DNA of 64,000 nucleotides from Nitrospirales bacterium (GTDB lineage Bacteria; Nitrospirota; Nitrospiria; Nitrospirales; UBA8639): NCBI GenBank assembly GCA_965203295.1, contig CBDBCZ010000017.1, positions 416,001 to 480,000 of the forward strand, read 5' to 3'. Shown piece by piece: positions 35,724 to 50,500 of this stretch (position 1 is its first letter; each line of letters starts with the position of its first letter). The notes under the pieces were generated by a model. It saw only the letters and a program-made list of their open reading frames with translations, ran no database searches and was not told where the DNA came from. The position numbers and the translations under genes were made by a program.

Positions 35724-37352
35724 TTAAGGTACATCAGGTCAGGTCCGCAGAAGAGTAAAGACCTAGCCTCAACATGCAGGTGACTCTATACCTGCACTGG
35801 AACATTTGCATGGATCACTCCATGATTTGCAAGTAGTGGTCCGCCTGGTTCACCCCCCCGTGAATTTATCAAAAGGCTCACTTGGACTGTCTGGACTACA
35901 GTCTCACAGGACCAGACTACTGTGTCTGGCATCAAAGGTGCATGGCTATAATAATAGTATATATAGTCACCGTACTAACTATATCTGGACCAAGGGGACT
36001 GGCTGATCCACCTTGTCATGCAAGGGAAGAGGAGAACTGTACATGTGCCAGTGTGCAGTAGCTAGGTGCTGCAGTAGCTGGCTAACTTGGATGAAAACGG
36101 GACTGTGCATGAAGAACCTAGCTACATGGCATGCAGTTACCAGGAGCTTGTGAGTGGCCAAGCCGGGCTTGAAGTCATCCCGTATCCCGAGACCCAGATA
36201 ATATTTTCTTCTGTAAGCAGTTATACATGTTCAGTCCAATGGAGAGGTCATGCTGGTGAGTATACTGAAGCTTTTTGCAGCTCCAGATGGTATCCCATGC
36301 CACATGCATGCATTGTACCTGTAGTCGATTGTTTGTATTCACGTAGGCTAAACCTTGCTGTCCCGGCTTCTATTCACAAGCGACTTCACTGAATGTGTTA
36401 CGTGTAGGATGACTCCTCACAATTTGTGGGATGCTGTTTCCTGTAAGCCTAATAAGGCAAGTTGCATACAGTCAACTACACGCCCATGGCATGGGATACC
36501 ACCTGGAAGTAGTTGAAAAGCACATGCAAGAAAAGATACTTAATAAGCTTCAGCACTTCGCCCAACATGTATAGTGGTTTATATACACATGACTGAGCAT
36601 CCATGACTGCTTTAATTTGTAAAAAGTTCTTTGTGTCTCTGGATACTGGATGGAATCAAGCCTGCATGTAATGCTCATGTTAGTACTAAAAATTATGTGT
36701 GGTATCCTCCTACAAGTTACAGATACGTATTATGCTAATTTAGGGTTCATGGTTTAGCTAAAACTATACAGGACCAAATTGGGAATTAGCTACAGCTACA
36801 TGTATACAGGTGCCCACGCAACAGAAAACCATGTACATACGTGTACATGCATATGCGTACAGATCATGGCATACTGCTGCACCTATATATAGACTCTACA
36901 ACACCAATAGTCTTAACATCATGACATTTGATGACTATGGTGCTTTTTGATTAGCTATAGTACCACAAGTAGTTTAGAAACCGAAGTAGCTATTATACTC
37001 TTAGATCTTAGAATGACAGTGGTCTGTATATAGAGTGTGAGTTTAAAGTGTTGATGCGTGAGTACAACATGCATGCACACCCAAACAGCTTCCTGGGTGT
37101 GGTACACAAATCATGAGTCAATATTAAGTCCAGTTCATGTGTCTGCGGTGTCCCTTGCATGCATATATAGCTACAGATATACTCTTTAATTAAACAAATG
37201 CAACTGTTAAAAAATGATCAAGAACATTGATACACAGACAAGATAATAACAATGCAGTACATTAGTGTAGGATGCAGCAGCTATGTTTATACATCTTTCA
37301 GTTTAACCACATATTATGCAATAGCTTCCTCTTGCAGGCACATAGTTTTCAA

Positions 37353-37900
37353 TCACCACGGGCCCATGACTTCAGGTTCTTCATACACATAATCCATTTC
37401 ATCAAACTCAGCCAGCTGCTCAAATACTTCTTCTTCTTCTGCAGCTCTCCGACCAGGTTGTCCCCTCGGTCCAGCCGTTCCAGGACGACCCCTCGTAGGG
37501 GGACCCGGTGGGCCAGGTGGTCCTATTGGTCCAGCACCAGGAGTACCCGGTGTTCGAGTACCCGGTGTTCGAGATCCGCTATTGGTGCAGATACAGAACA
37601 GACGACCTGCCCTGTGATTAAACCTGCATACTCCACGCCTGTAGCCCTTTCTTCCACACCCTATTGCGCATTGAGCTGGTCCGTAATCTGCAGCAATACA
37701 GAATAACCAACACAGGAATGATCCATAGATATTAAACACATTTCAATCTTGATTACTATCATAATTAGCTATAGCTGTAAGTATGATATTAAGAGTGTAT
37801 ACACATATTATCACTCACCGCAAACACTCTTGGAAGACTCTGCCACTGAGACAATGGCCAACACCACAGCTGCAGCCAAAAAGATGATGGTAGCCTTCAT
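37353..37900 (-). CDS. Secreted defensin-like precursor A2 (138 aa)
   Basis: Exons 37819-37900 and 37353-37687; core SKSVCDYGPAQCAIGCGRKGYRRGVCRFNHRAGRLFCIC. Confidence 0.9.
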
Positions 37901-38495
37901 ATTGGTAGCTTCTTATGTTGCTGCAGCTAGGAAGATGCTCAGTGACTAGAGAGGAGCTGCTTTTATAGTGGTAGACAGATAGCTACCTATAAGGATTCTG
38001 TGGATATATTATGTGGTCAAATTAAACCTCAGGATCCTTTAAACTAGTGATGCCCCCCCTGCCAGTTTCCTGTAAGCCTAAGGTAAGTACATGACTATGA
38101 ATGATACTATTAGTAGCACTACCCAGAACTGTTTGAAAAGCCGAAGAAAACCTTTAGTACTTCCTCAGCAGTTTACGACTGAATATAACTGTTTACACAT
38201 TATAGCTAAATAGAAGAACTCTAGATTTCCTGTCCCTGAATTGTGAGTGGGTTGGTTCAGGGGTATGAAGAGTTCAATTTTGTGACTCAGGAATCTCTAT
38301 AGGTCTTATGTTGTTGCTGTATAACTTCCTTTAATTCAGGATGTGTGACAACCTCCCACCTGTTGATTAAGGTTGTGCATACTCACATGCAAGAATGTAT
38401 CACCTGGGATATGGGATTCACCATTACATAATTATTTCCTTGAGAGCAAGTCTGGCTCAGTGGATGCATAGTATTAAAGGTGCACAGAATATAAT

Positions 38496-38535
38496 CATAG
38501 ATAATATATACCTCCGGAAGTATATATTATCTATG
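38496..38535. mobile_element. 40-bp palindromic P-element-like mini-MITE (copy at ~48129)
   Basis: CATAGATAATATATACCTCCGGAAGTATATATTATCTATG with 7-bp TSD ATATAAT; the same termini are nested at ~51874-52074. Confidence 0.55.
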
Positions 38536-40764
38536 ATATAATTATATCACATGCACACATTTCATCAAAGGCAATTGCATTGTCAACGTATTCAGATGTA
38601 CCATATTTTATTATTGAGGACATAAACCTGTATTTATCATTTCCATGCTAATTCATATAACCCAGCATATGCGTATACAAAATTTCACCTGCTAATGGGA
38701 TGGTACTTGGAATAGTGAAACATAAAAGAATTAATTAAAAGGCTATTGTAATATAGGCACAGCTTAAGCAGTGAACAAACTTGGAAGCACGCTTTGCACA
38801 TACACACACACACTCCTTTACTACAATAAAATAAAAATATGTAGGACGTATAAATAAAAGCTAAAGGTATACATCAGGTCAGGTCCGCAGAAGAGTTACT
38901 AAAGACTCAACATGCAGGTGACTCTATGTTGCACCATTTGCATGCATGGGCCACTCAGTGACTTGCAAGGGGTCCGCCTGGTCCACCCCTTGTAAAATTA
39001 TCAAAAAGTCTCGCTTAGAACTGTCTGGACTACAGTCTCACAGGACCAGACTATACTGTGTCTGGCCAATAGGTAGCTAGTCATGGCATACTGAACTATT
39101 GCAAGCAGAATGGCTGCGTGGTCCACCCAGTGAATCCATGATCAGACACCGCGGTTACTATTATTTCATCACGTAGGTATATAGGCAAATGTTCACTCTT
39201 GTAATTATACATGTAGGAAACAACCTAAAAGGTGTTGACCACCTATAGCTACTATCAAGAAGCACACGAGCCCATGCACATGCATGTGCTCCTGTCCTTG
39301 ATTGTTAGAGAAAGAGGAACTGTGCCAGTGTGAAGTAGCTATAGGTACTGGAGCTATAGTAACTGGCTAACATAGATGAAAATGTGACTGTGTAATTATG
39401 AAGAACCTATACACGGCGTGCAGTCATGCAGTGTTTTCAAGCGTGCTCACTGCTTTAGCTGTACCTAGCCTTTTACTATTCCAAGTGCCATCCTAAGCTC
39501 AAGCATGCATGTAATTCTTTACATAAAATTGGTGATATGAATTGGCTATTGGAAATGATTAAATGCAGTGAATGTTGTTTTCCTAAGTATGGCACAGCTG
39601 AATACATTACTGATGCGATTTCATTTAATGAAATGATGTGCTTGCAATTCAGAATGACAATATATTGTGTGCTTTTAACGTTATGCAACCACTGAGCCAG
39701 ACTTGCTCTCAAGAATGTGAGTATGCACAACCTTAACCAACAGGTGGGAGGTTGTCACACATCCTAAACTAAAGGAAGTTATACAGCAACAACATAAGAC
39801 CTATAGAGATTCCTGAGTCACAAAATTGACAGTCTTTATTTCCCTGAACCAACCCACTCATAATTCAGGGACAGGATATAGTTCTTCTATTTAGCTATAA
39901 CATGTAAACAGTCACATTCGGTCATAAACCGCGCTATACATCCTCAGGAAGTACTGAAGCTTTTCTTGTGCTTTTCAACCAGTTCCAGGTAGTATCCCAC
40001 AATGTCATACATATCTATATTGCCATAAAAGGCAATGACATAAGCATTGCATGCAGGGTTGAATCCATCCTGTATCCAGAGACACAAATAAAGCTTCTTC
40101 TATTTACGTAAGCAGTCATGGATGCTCAGTCATGTGTAAACCGCTATACACATTGGGGGAAGTGCTGAAGCTTTTCGTGTGCTTTTCAACCACTTCCAGG
40201 TGGTATCCCATGCCACGTGTAGTTGACTGTATACATTTGCCTTATTAGGCTTACAGGAAACTGTATCCCAAACCGTGAGGAGTCATCCTACACTTAACAA
40301 TACATTCAACGATTCGCTTGTGAATAGAGTCTGGGACAGCAAGGTTTAGCCTACGTGATCAACTACACGTACATGCATGAGGACCACCTGGAGCTGATTA
40401 AGTGAAGTTCCTGTACTTCCCCAGCATGTATAATTACAGGGCAGGCTATATTTTTAATTTATATTATATTTTATTTATAAAAGAACTTTATTATCTCGGG
40501 TCTCAGGTTACAGGACGAATTCAAAATTAATCCCGACTCAATTTGCTGCTCATAAGCTCCTGGTTTGCATGGGCCCATGTATACGTATACACACACACTC
40601 TTGTAAGCTATAGGTAGAAAAGAATATGCATAGGAAGTATAAATATTAGTTAATATTAAAATGCACATGTCAGGTCCGCAGAAGAGTAAAGACTTAGCAT
40701 CAACATGTAGGTGACTCTATACCTGCACTGGACCATTTGCATGGGCCACTCCGTGACCTGTGAG

Positions 40765-40996
40765 GTGTCCCCCCAGGATCCGTGCGACTAGCTCACTCGA
40801 CTGAGCCAGAGAGCCGAGGTAGGCAGCTGGTGCGTGCAGGGAGGCCCTCCTGAGGTTGAGACCACCCCTGGAGTTTGGGAGAGAAGCTTTCAACCAGGAC
40901 CACTCGGAGAGGGGAGAACCAGCTAAATCAGACAGAGCATCACGCATGCACGGTATTATCGAAGACCGCCGCAGCCTGTTCGATGTGGCTCAGAGG
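40765..40996 (-). pseudogene. Fragment of a non-LTR retrotransposon ORF (region downstream of RT); second copy ~50407-50625
   Basis: SEWSWLKASLPNSRGGLNLRRASLHAPAAYLGS resembles the LP..GGL..R....AA motif of RLE-type non-LTR elements; GC-rich island in an AT-rich spacer. Confidence 0.6.
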
Positions 40997-41423
40997 TAGG
41001 CTTGGGCGGATTATGCCGGCATAATTTTGGGAATAATAGGCACTAAGAAGCATCGAGAATAAATGCGGGAATAATAGGGCGGTTTTCGGGAATAATGCGA
41101 ATCTTGAACGGAAATATTCGGAGTAGATCTCGCCCACCACAATCTCTGCATGCGTTTATGGCGTCTAGCAGTGGTTCTGAAGGGAGAATGGCTGGTCTAC
41201 AGCATGCAAATTAATTTTATTCCAACATGCTGTGCTTCAATAGTGATAAATAGCGTCACAAGCCAGTCAGCGACCGAAGAGAGTGTTACCGGTACATACG
41301 CGAATATTTGGGGGATTTTAGTGGGATTAATGCGAGACTGATAATATGTAGTTACTCGGGCAGTTTTGTGAGAATAGGGGAATAGAATTATAGGTAGCTT
41401 TTTGAGCATAATCCGCCCAACCC
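40997..41423. mobile_element. TAG-terminated MITE inserted into the non-LTR fragment; second copy ~50630-51013
   Basis: TAGGCTTGGGCGGATTATGC ... GCATAATCCGCCCAACC(CTA); CTCAGAGG precedes the left end in copy 1 and follows the right end in copy 2. Confidence 0.6.
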
Positions 41424-43050
41424 GCCCAACCGGTTACGTTATTTACGGGATGCTGGCTACGTAAACGGGACAACGTTTCTTATCCGGTTGCGTATCCGGT
41501 CAGGTTGGATATCCGGTTTTCTGTTGTTGTTTTTTTTTCTTTCTGTTGTTGTTGTTGGTTTATTGGTTTGTTTGTTTGTTTACTTATATTCATTGCTTTT
41601 TTTATAATTTTTTTTCCTTATTAGCTAATGCTTGCACGTACGTCAATTAGTAATACCTTTATGGCTTGTATCCGTTATGTAACCGGACAGCCGGTTACAT
41701 AACAGGACAGCCGGTTATGTAACAGGATGACAGTCACGTGTCCGTGCGGAACATATTCACTTGCTCTATATAATTCTGGGAATTAAGTACTAAAGTGTGC
41801 TTTTCAATCAGTTCCAGGTGGTATCCCACATGTAGTTGATTGTATTATGTATTAGGCTTGCCTCTACTTGATCTAATAGACCTTGCTGTCCTAGACTCAA
41901 TTCACAAGCGACCTCACTGGATGTAGTTAAAGTTTTAAGTGTAGAATGACTCCTCACAGTTTGGAATACAGTTTCCTGTAGCTAAGCCCAATAAGGCAAA
42001 TGCAACTAGCTACACGTGGCATGGGATACCACCTGGAAGTGGTCGAAAAGCCTCAGCACTTCCCCCAACATGTATATTGGTTTACACATGACTGCTTGAG
42101 CATCCATGACGGCCTACGCAAATAGAAGAAGCTTATTTTGTATCTCTGGGTACAGAAGGATTCAACCAGCATGCAATGCTTTTGCATGTCACTGCCATTT
42201 ATGGCAATATTGATATCGGGGTTATAGTGCTGTAAATTATGTGTAATATTCTCCCACCATGCAGTTACATTTACGTTCGTGGTTTATAAATATATACTGG
42301 ACCACCTATACTATATGTAGCTACATGCAGGCCAACTGTTGGTTATTTAGCATTCATGATCATGCAGCCAAATTGGCTCAAGCAGGAACTTCCTGTTTGA
42401 GCGAGGTTATAGATGTCTTAGTGTAGACTGAGTCATGAGCATGCGTACTTATGAGCACAGATCTTGGCACACTCCTACACCTATGTAGACTCTACAACAC
42501 CAATAGTCTGAACATCATTTGATGACTGTAGTGCTTTTTTGACTAGTATCACAAGGAGTTTGAAAATGAAGTAGCTAATACTCTCTAGATCTTATAATTA
42601 GAATGGCAGTGGTCTTTTTATAAAGTGTGAGTTCAAAAGAGTGATGATGCGGTGTGTACAACATGCACACCCAAACAGCTTCCTGGGTGTGGTACACAAA
42701 TCAAAATTAGGTCCAGCTCATGTATCCTCCCATCCCTTAATTGAATTACATGCATACACCCTTAATACTGCTGTACTGTCTTGATACTTCTTAATGAAGA
42801 CATATTTGTCACTCGTACATTAGCTATAGATATTCTCTTTAATTAAACACAAGAACTGTCAATCGTATTAAAAATGACATAATACACTGCATGATATATT
42901 CAGTGAAGATGATTATACATACAATGCCATACATAAGTGTATGAAGCAGCAGCTATCTTAATTGTTTTCACATCTTACATTTTAGCCACAAATATTACGT
43001 AGATGCAATTATTATAGTTCAATCTCTTCTTGCATGCCCATAGTTTTCAA

Positions 43051-43556
43051 TTACCACGGGCCCATGACTTCAGGTTCTTCATACACGTAATCCATTTCAT
43101 CAAGCTCAGCCAGCTGCTCAAACACTTCTTCTTCTGCACCTCTCCCTGCCCTCCGACCAGGTGGTCCCCTCGCACCAGGGGGTGGGCCAGGTGGTCCAAT
43201 TGGTCCTGGTCTTCGAGGACCAGGTGTTCGAGGTCTGGTATTGGTGCAGACACAGAACAGACGGCCTGCCCTGTGATTAAACCTGCACTCTCCATTCCTG
43301 TAGCCTTTTCTTGAACATGCTATATCGCATTGAAGTGGATCATAATCTGTAGCATATTAAGAGATAAATAGTAACCAACTCAGTAATTATTATGTAAAGC
43401 ATTGGTATTAAAAGCTTATACACATTACACTAGGGTATGACATTAAGAGCATGCTTTAGCTATCACTTAATTACCGCAAACTCCCTTGGAGGATTCTGCC
43501 AATGAGACAATTGCCAGCGCCACAGCTGTAGCCAAGAGAATGATGGCAGCCTTCAT
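43051..43556 (-). CDS. Secreted defensin-like precursor B2 (125 aa)
   Basis: Exons 43475-43556 and 43051-43346; core SKGVCDYDPLQCDIACSRKGYRNGECRFNHRAGRLFCVC; shorter linker; same acidic tail. Confidence 0.9.
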
Positions 43557-46500
43557 TTTGGTAGTTTCTTCTTGGATGTATATACGTTGTCAGAAGATGC
43601 TCAGTGACTAGAGAGGAGCTGCTTTTATAGGTAGAGCTAAGGCTTATGGCAATAAGGATTCTGTTACAGTAGGTGTAGGTTATTGTGGCCACTAATTAAA
43701 CCTTGTTGTCATTCAACTTGGTTTCACTATAGTTTGATAGATCACTGCTGGCTTCCTGATTGCCTTTATAAGGCAACTTCATCAGCTACATGTGGGATAC
43801 CACCTAGAACTGGTTGAAAGCACAAGAAAAGATTCAGTATTTCCCCAGCATGACACTGTAAAGTAAACATGTAGGTGTTTATTTGTCTTAATGTATGGCT
43901 GTTTACACATACTAGCTAAATAGAAGAACTTCAAATATCCTGTCTCTGAAGTATGAGTGGGTGCCGGGATTCACTGTCAGGTGTTCAATTTTGTGAGAAA
44001 TATCGTCATCAGAGGTCTTGTTGTTTAACTTTAATGTGTGCAACCTCCCATCTGTTGCATGCACGTGACTGTTTACATACTAAATAGAAGAACTTTTCTC
44101 TGAATGATGAGTGGGTTGATTCAGGGGTGTCGAACTTCCTTTTTACTATAGAACGTGTGGTAACCTCCCACCTTCTGATTAGGGTGTGTTTGTTTATGCA
44201 TACTCACATACAGGAACTCTGTATCACAGAAACTGCATGTGTCTCACAGGGGTGGATGATTAATATTATACCCATGCATGTGACTCTATACCACGCTTTT
44301 TAGTTTACTTGTGATTCACTCTTGCTACCCTGAGAGTCAGTATAAGGCTGGCTCAGCGGGTGCTAGACTAAGTCCAGCTCGATAGACTAAATGGGTACAC
44401 ATGCATAATATTAAAGGTAGCTAACATACTGAAATTTATCAAAGGCAGTTGCAGCTATGTGTGCAGCAATACAATTATGACTAAACTAAGTGTATAGCAT
44501 TCATCATAAATCTACATACATTATTGCTATTTCCAGTAACATTTATCACCCCTGCATGTGAAAAAAATGTATCTACTACATGCAGGTATGCTTTGAGCTT
44601 GGGGTAGTAACGTTTAACAGTGAAACATAAAATGACTACCCAAAGTTTGAGATACTGAGTAGAGTAGACCAGGTATGATATAGCTTATCAATCAGCTGGA
44701 ACTATGGTTGAAAAGTACAAAAAACAGCTTCAGTACCTCCCCCAGCATGTATAGTTAAACTATAGTGGCAGAGGAACTGGATAATTTATGACTGAAAAAT
44801 GTTGATTAAGGTTGTACTACCATACTCACATGCAAGAATGTATCACCTGGGATATGGGATTCATCATTACATATTACTTCCTTGAGAGCAAGTCTGGCTC
44901 AGTGGGTGCATAGCGATAACGTGCACAGTGTTAAATTATTTCGAATAGTATCACATGCACATCTTTCCTCAAAGGCAATTGCATTGTCAATGTAAACAGA
45001 TGTACCATATTTTATTAGGAAAACAATACCACAGTATTCACTGCATTTATCGTTTTCAATATTTAATTCGTATCACCCAGCACACAAATTACCTACTAGC
45101 TGGCATATGCATGGGATGGCACTTGGAATAGTGAAACTATACGCATGCATACACACACACAGTCACTCCTTTACTACAAGTAGACTATGAATAAAAATAT
45201 GTAGGACATGTAAATAATAACTTAACTCTTTCCCAGCCAAGTTACATCCATAAGGGTAATGTGAATTTATATTGGCCTTTTTATATTAGGTGTTAATATA
45301 GAGTACATGATTTTTTCTATTTTATATGGGCACATAAATGTGCCCATGGCGTTCAAAGAGTTAAGGTACATCAGGTCAGGTCCGCAGAAGAGTAAAGACC
45401 TAGCCTCGACATGCAGGTGACTCTATACCTGCACTGGAACATTTGCATGGATCACTCCATGATTTGCAAGTAGTGGTCCGCCTGGTTCACCCCCCCGTGA
45501 ATTTATCAAAAGGCTCACTTGGACTGTCTGGACTACAGTCTCACAGGACCAGACTACTGTGTCTGGCATCAAAGGTGCATGGCTATAATAATAGCATATA
45601 TAGTCACCGTACTAACTATATCTGGACCAAGGGGACTGGCTGATCCACCTTGTCATGCAAGGGAAGAGGAGAACTGTACATGTGCCAGTGTGCAGTAGCT
45701 AGGTGCTGCAGTAGCTGGCTAACTTGGATGAAAACGGGACTGTGCATGAAGAACCTAGCTACATGGCATGCAGTTACCAGGAGCTTGTGAGTGGCCAAGC
45801 CGGGCTTGAAGTCATCCCGTATCCCGAGACCCAGATAATATTTTCTTCTGTAAGCAGTTATACATGTTCAGTCCAATGGAGAGGTCATGCTGGTGAGTAT
45901 ACTGAAGCTTTTTGCAGCTCCAGATGGTATCCCATGCCACATGCATGCATTGTACCTGTAGTCGATTGTTTGTATTCACGTAGGCTAAACCTTGCTGTCC
46001 CGGCTTCTATTCACAAGCGACTTCACTGAATGTGTTACGTGTAGGATGACTCCTCACAATTTGTGGGATGCTGTTTCCTGTAAGCCTAATAAGGCAAGTT
46101 GCATACAGTCAACTACACGCCCATGGCATGGGATACCACCTGGAAGTAGTTGAAAAGCACATGCAAGAAAAGATACTTAATAAGCTTCAGCACTTCGCCC
46201 AACATGTATAGTGGTTTATATACACATGACTGAGCATCCATGACTGCTTATGTAAAAAGTTCTTTGTGTCTCTGGATACAGGATGGAATCATGCCTGCAT
46301 GTAATGCTCATGTTAGTACTAAAAATTATGTGTGGTATCCTCCTACAAGTTACAGATACGTATTATGCTAATTTAGGGTTCATGGCTTAGCTAAAACTAT
46401 ACAGGACCAAATTGGGAATTAGCTACAGCTACATGTATACAGGTGCCCACGCAACAGAAAACCATGTACATACGTGTACATGCATATGCGTACAGATCAT

Positions 46501-46985
46501 GGCATACTGCTGCACCTATATATAGACTCTACAACACCAATAGTCTTAACATCATGACATTTGATGACTATGGTGCTTTTTGATTAGCTATAGTACCACA
46601 AGTAGTTTAGAAACCGAAGTAGCTATTATACTCTTAGATCTTAGAATGACAGTGGTCTGTATATAGAGTGTGAGTTTAAAGTGTTGATGCGTGAGTACAA
46701 CATGCATGCACACCCAAACAGCTTCCTGGGTGTGGTACACAAATCATGAGTCAATATTAAGTCCAGTTCATGTGTCTGCGGTGTCCCTTGCATGCATATA
46801 TAGCTACAGATATACTCTTTAATTAAACAAATGCAACTGTTAAAAAATGGTCAAGAACATTGATACACAGACAAGATAATAACAATGCAGTACATTAGTG
46901 TAGGATGCAGCAGCTATGTTTATACATCTTTCAGTTTAACCACATATTATGCAATAGCTTCCTCTTGCAGGCACATAGTTTTCAA

Positions 46986-47533
46986 TCACCACGGGCCCAT
47001 GACTTCAGGTTCTTCATACACATAATCCATTTCATCAAACTCAGCCAGCTGTTCAAATACTTCTTCTTCTTCTGCAGCTCTCCGACCAGGTTGTCCCCTC
47101 GGTCCAGCCGTTCCAGGACGACCCCTCGTAGGGGGACCCGGTGGGCCAGGTGGTCCTATTGGTCCAGCACCAGGAGTACCCGGTGTTCGAGTACCCGGTG
47201 TTCGAGATCCGCTATTGGTGCAGATACAGAACAGACGACCTGCCCTGTGATTAAACCTGCATACTCCACGCCTGTAGCCCTTTCTTCCACACCCTATTGC
47301 GCATTGAGCTGGTCCGTAATCTGCAGCAATACAGAATAACCAACACAGGAATGATCCATAGATATTAAACACATTTCAATCTTGATTACTATCATAATTA
47401 GCTATAGCTGTAAGTATGATATTAAGAGTGTATACACATATTATCACTCACCGCAAACACTCTTGGAAGACTCTGCCACTGAGACAATGGCCAACACCAC
47501 AGCTGCAGCCAAAAAGATGATGGTAGCCTTCAT
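46986..47533 (-). CDS. Secreted defensin-like precursor A3 (138 aa, same protein as A2)
   Basis: Exons 47452-47533 and 46986-47320; offset 9633 bp from A2. Confidence 0.9.
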
Positions 47534-50500
47534 ATTGGTAGCTTCTTATGTTGCTGCAGCTAGGAAGATGCTCAGTGACTAGAGAGGAGCTGCTTTTATA
47601 GTGGTAGACAGATAGCTACCTATAAGGATTCTGTGGATATATTATGTGGTCAAATTAAACCTCAGGATCCTTTAAACTAGTGATGCCCCCCCTGCCAGTT
47701 TCCTGTAAGCCTAAGGTAAGTACATGACTATGAATGATACTATTAGTAGCACTACCCAGAACTGTTTGAAAAGCCGAAGAAAACCTTTAGTACTTCCTCA
47801 GCAGTTTACGACTGAATATAACTGTTTACACATTATAGCTAAATAGAGGAACTCTAGATTTCCTGTCCCTGAATTGTGAGTGGGTTGGTTCAGGGGTATG
47901 AAGAGTTCAATTTTGTGACTCAGGAATCTCTATAGGTCTTATGTTGTTGCTGTATAACTTCCTTTAATTCAGGATGTGTGACAACCTCCCACCTGTTGAT
48001 TAAGGTTGTGCATACTCACATGCAAGAATGTATCACCTGGGATATGGGATTCACCATTACATAATTATTTCCTTGAGAGCAAGTCTGGCTCAGTGGATGC
48101 ATAGTATTAAAGGTGCACAGAATATAATCATAGATAATATATACCTCCGGAAGTATATATTATCTATGATATAATTATATCACATGCACACATTTCATCA
48201 AAGGCAATTGCATTGTCAACGTATTCAGATGTACCATATTTTATTATTGAGGACATAAACCTGTATTTATCATTTCCATGCTAATTCATATAACCCAGCA
48301 TATGCGTATACAAAATTTCACCTGCTAATGGGATGGTACTTGGAATAGTGAAACATAAAAGAATTAATTAAAAGGCTATTGTAATATAGGCACAGCTTAA
48401 GCAGTGAACAAACTTGGAAGCACGCTTTGCACATACACACACACACTCCTTTACTACAATAAAATAAAAATATGTAGGACGTATAAATAAAAGCTAAAGG
48501 TATACATCAGGTCAGGTCCGCAGAAGAGTTACTAAAGACTCAACATGCAGGTGACTCTATGTTGCACCATTTGCATGCATGGGCCACTCAGTGACTTGCA
48601 AGGGGTCTGCCTGGTCCACCCCTTGTAAAATTATCAAAAAGTCTCGCTTAGAACTGTCTGGACTACAGTCTCACAGGACCAGACTATACTGTGTCTGGCC
48701 AATAGGTAGCTAGTCATGGCATACTGAACTATTGCAAGCAGAATGGCTGCGTGGTCCACCCAGTGAATCCATGATCAGACACCGCGGTTACTATTATTTC
48801 ATCACGTAGGTATATAGGCAAATGTTCACTCTTGTAATTATACATGTAGGAAACAACCTAAAAGGTGTTGACCACCTATAGCTACTATCAAGAAGCACAC
48901 GAGCCCATGCACATGCATGTGCTCCTGTCCTTGATTGTTAGAGAAAGAGGAACTGTGCCAGTGTGAAGTAGCTATAGGTACTGGAGCTATAGTAACTGGC
49001 TAACATAGATGAAAATGTGACTGTGTAATTATGAAGAACCTATACACGGCGTGCAGTCATGCAGTGTTTTCAAGCGTGCTCACTGCTTTAGCTGTACCTA
49101 GCCTTTTACTATTCCAAGTGCCATCCTAAGCTCAAGCATGCATGTAATTCTTTACATAAAATTGGTGATATGAATTGGCTATTGGAAATGATTAAATGCA
49201 GTGAATGTTGTTTTCCTAAGTATGGCACAGCTGAATACATTACTGATGCGATTTCATTTAATGAAATGATGTGCTTGCAATTCAGAATGACAATATATTG
49301 TGTGCTTTTAACGTTATGCAACCACTGAGCCAGACTTGCTCTCAAGAATGTGAGTATGCACAACCTTAACCAACAGGTGGGAGGTTGTCACACATCCTAA
49401 ACTAAAGGAAGTTATACAGCAACAACATAAGACCTATAGAGATTCCTGAGTCACAAAATTGACAGTCTTTATTTCCCTGAACCAACCCACTCATAATTCA
49501 GGGACAGGATATAGTTCTTCTATTTAGCTATAACATGTAAACAGTCACATTCGGTCATAAACCGCGCTATACATCCTCAGGAAGTACTGAAGCTTTTCTT
49601 GTGCTTTTCAACCAGTTCCAGGTAGTATCCCACAATGTCATACATATCTATATTGCCATAAAAGGCAATGACATAAGCATTGCATGCAGGGTTGAATCCA
49701 TCCTGTATCCAGAGACACAAATAAAGCTTCTTCTATTTACGTAAGCAGTCATGGATGCTCAGTCATGTGTAAACCGCTATACACATTGGGGGAAGTGCTG
49801 AAGCTTTTCGTGTGCTTTTCAACCACTTCCAGGTGGTATCCCATGCCACGTGTAGTTGACTGTATACATTTGCCTTATTAGGCTTACAGGAAACTGTATC
49901 CCAAACCGTGAGGAATCATCCTACACTTAACAATACATTCAATGATTCGCTTGTGAACAGAGTCTGGGACAGCAAGGTTTAGCCTACGTGAATACATACA
50001 ATCAACTACACGTACATGCATGTGGACCACCTGGAGCTGATTATGTGAAGTTCCTGTACTTCCCAGCATGTATAATTACAGGGTAGGCTATATTTTTAAT
50101 TTATATTATATTTTATTTATAAAAGAGCTTTATTATCTCGGGTCTCAGGTTACAGGATGAATTCAAAATTAATCCCGACTCAATTTGCTGCTCATAAGCT
50201 CCTGGTTTGCATGGGCCCATTTATACGTATACACACACACTCTTGTAAGCTATAGGTAGAAAAGAATATGCATAGGAAGTATAAATATTAGCTAATTTTA
50301 AAATGCACATGTCAGGTCCGCAGAAGAGTAAAGACCTAGCCTCAACATGCAGGTGACTCTATACCTGCACTGGACCATTTGCATGGATCACTCCGTGACC
50401 TGTGAGGTGTCCCCCCAGGATCCGTGCGACTAGCTCACTCGACTGAGCCAGAGAGCCGAGGTAGGCAGCTGGTGCGTGCAGGGAGGCCCTCCTGAGGTTG

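Noticed and set aside
35806..36392. Duplicated spacer ORFs (66-101 aa, repeated at 45443-46029) as additional genes
   Set aside because: Identity reflects the recent duplication; no signal peptide, domain or splice support, and the frames are not preserved in older paralogous spacer modules
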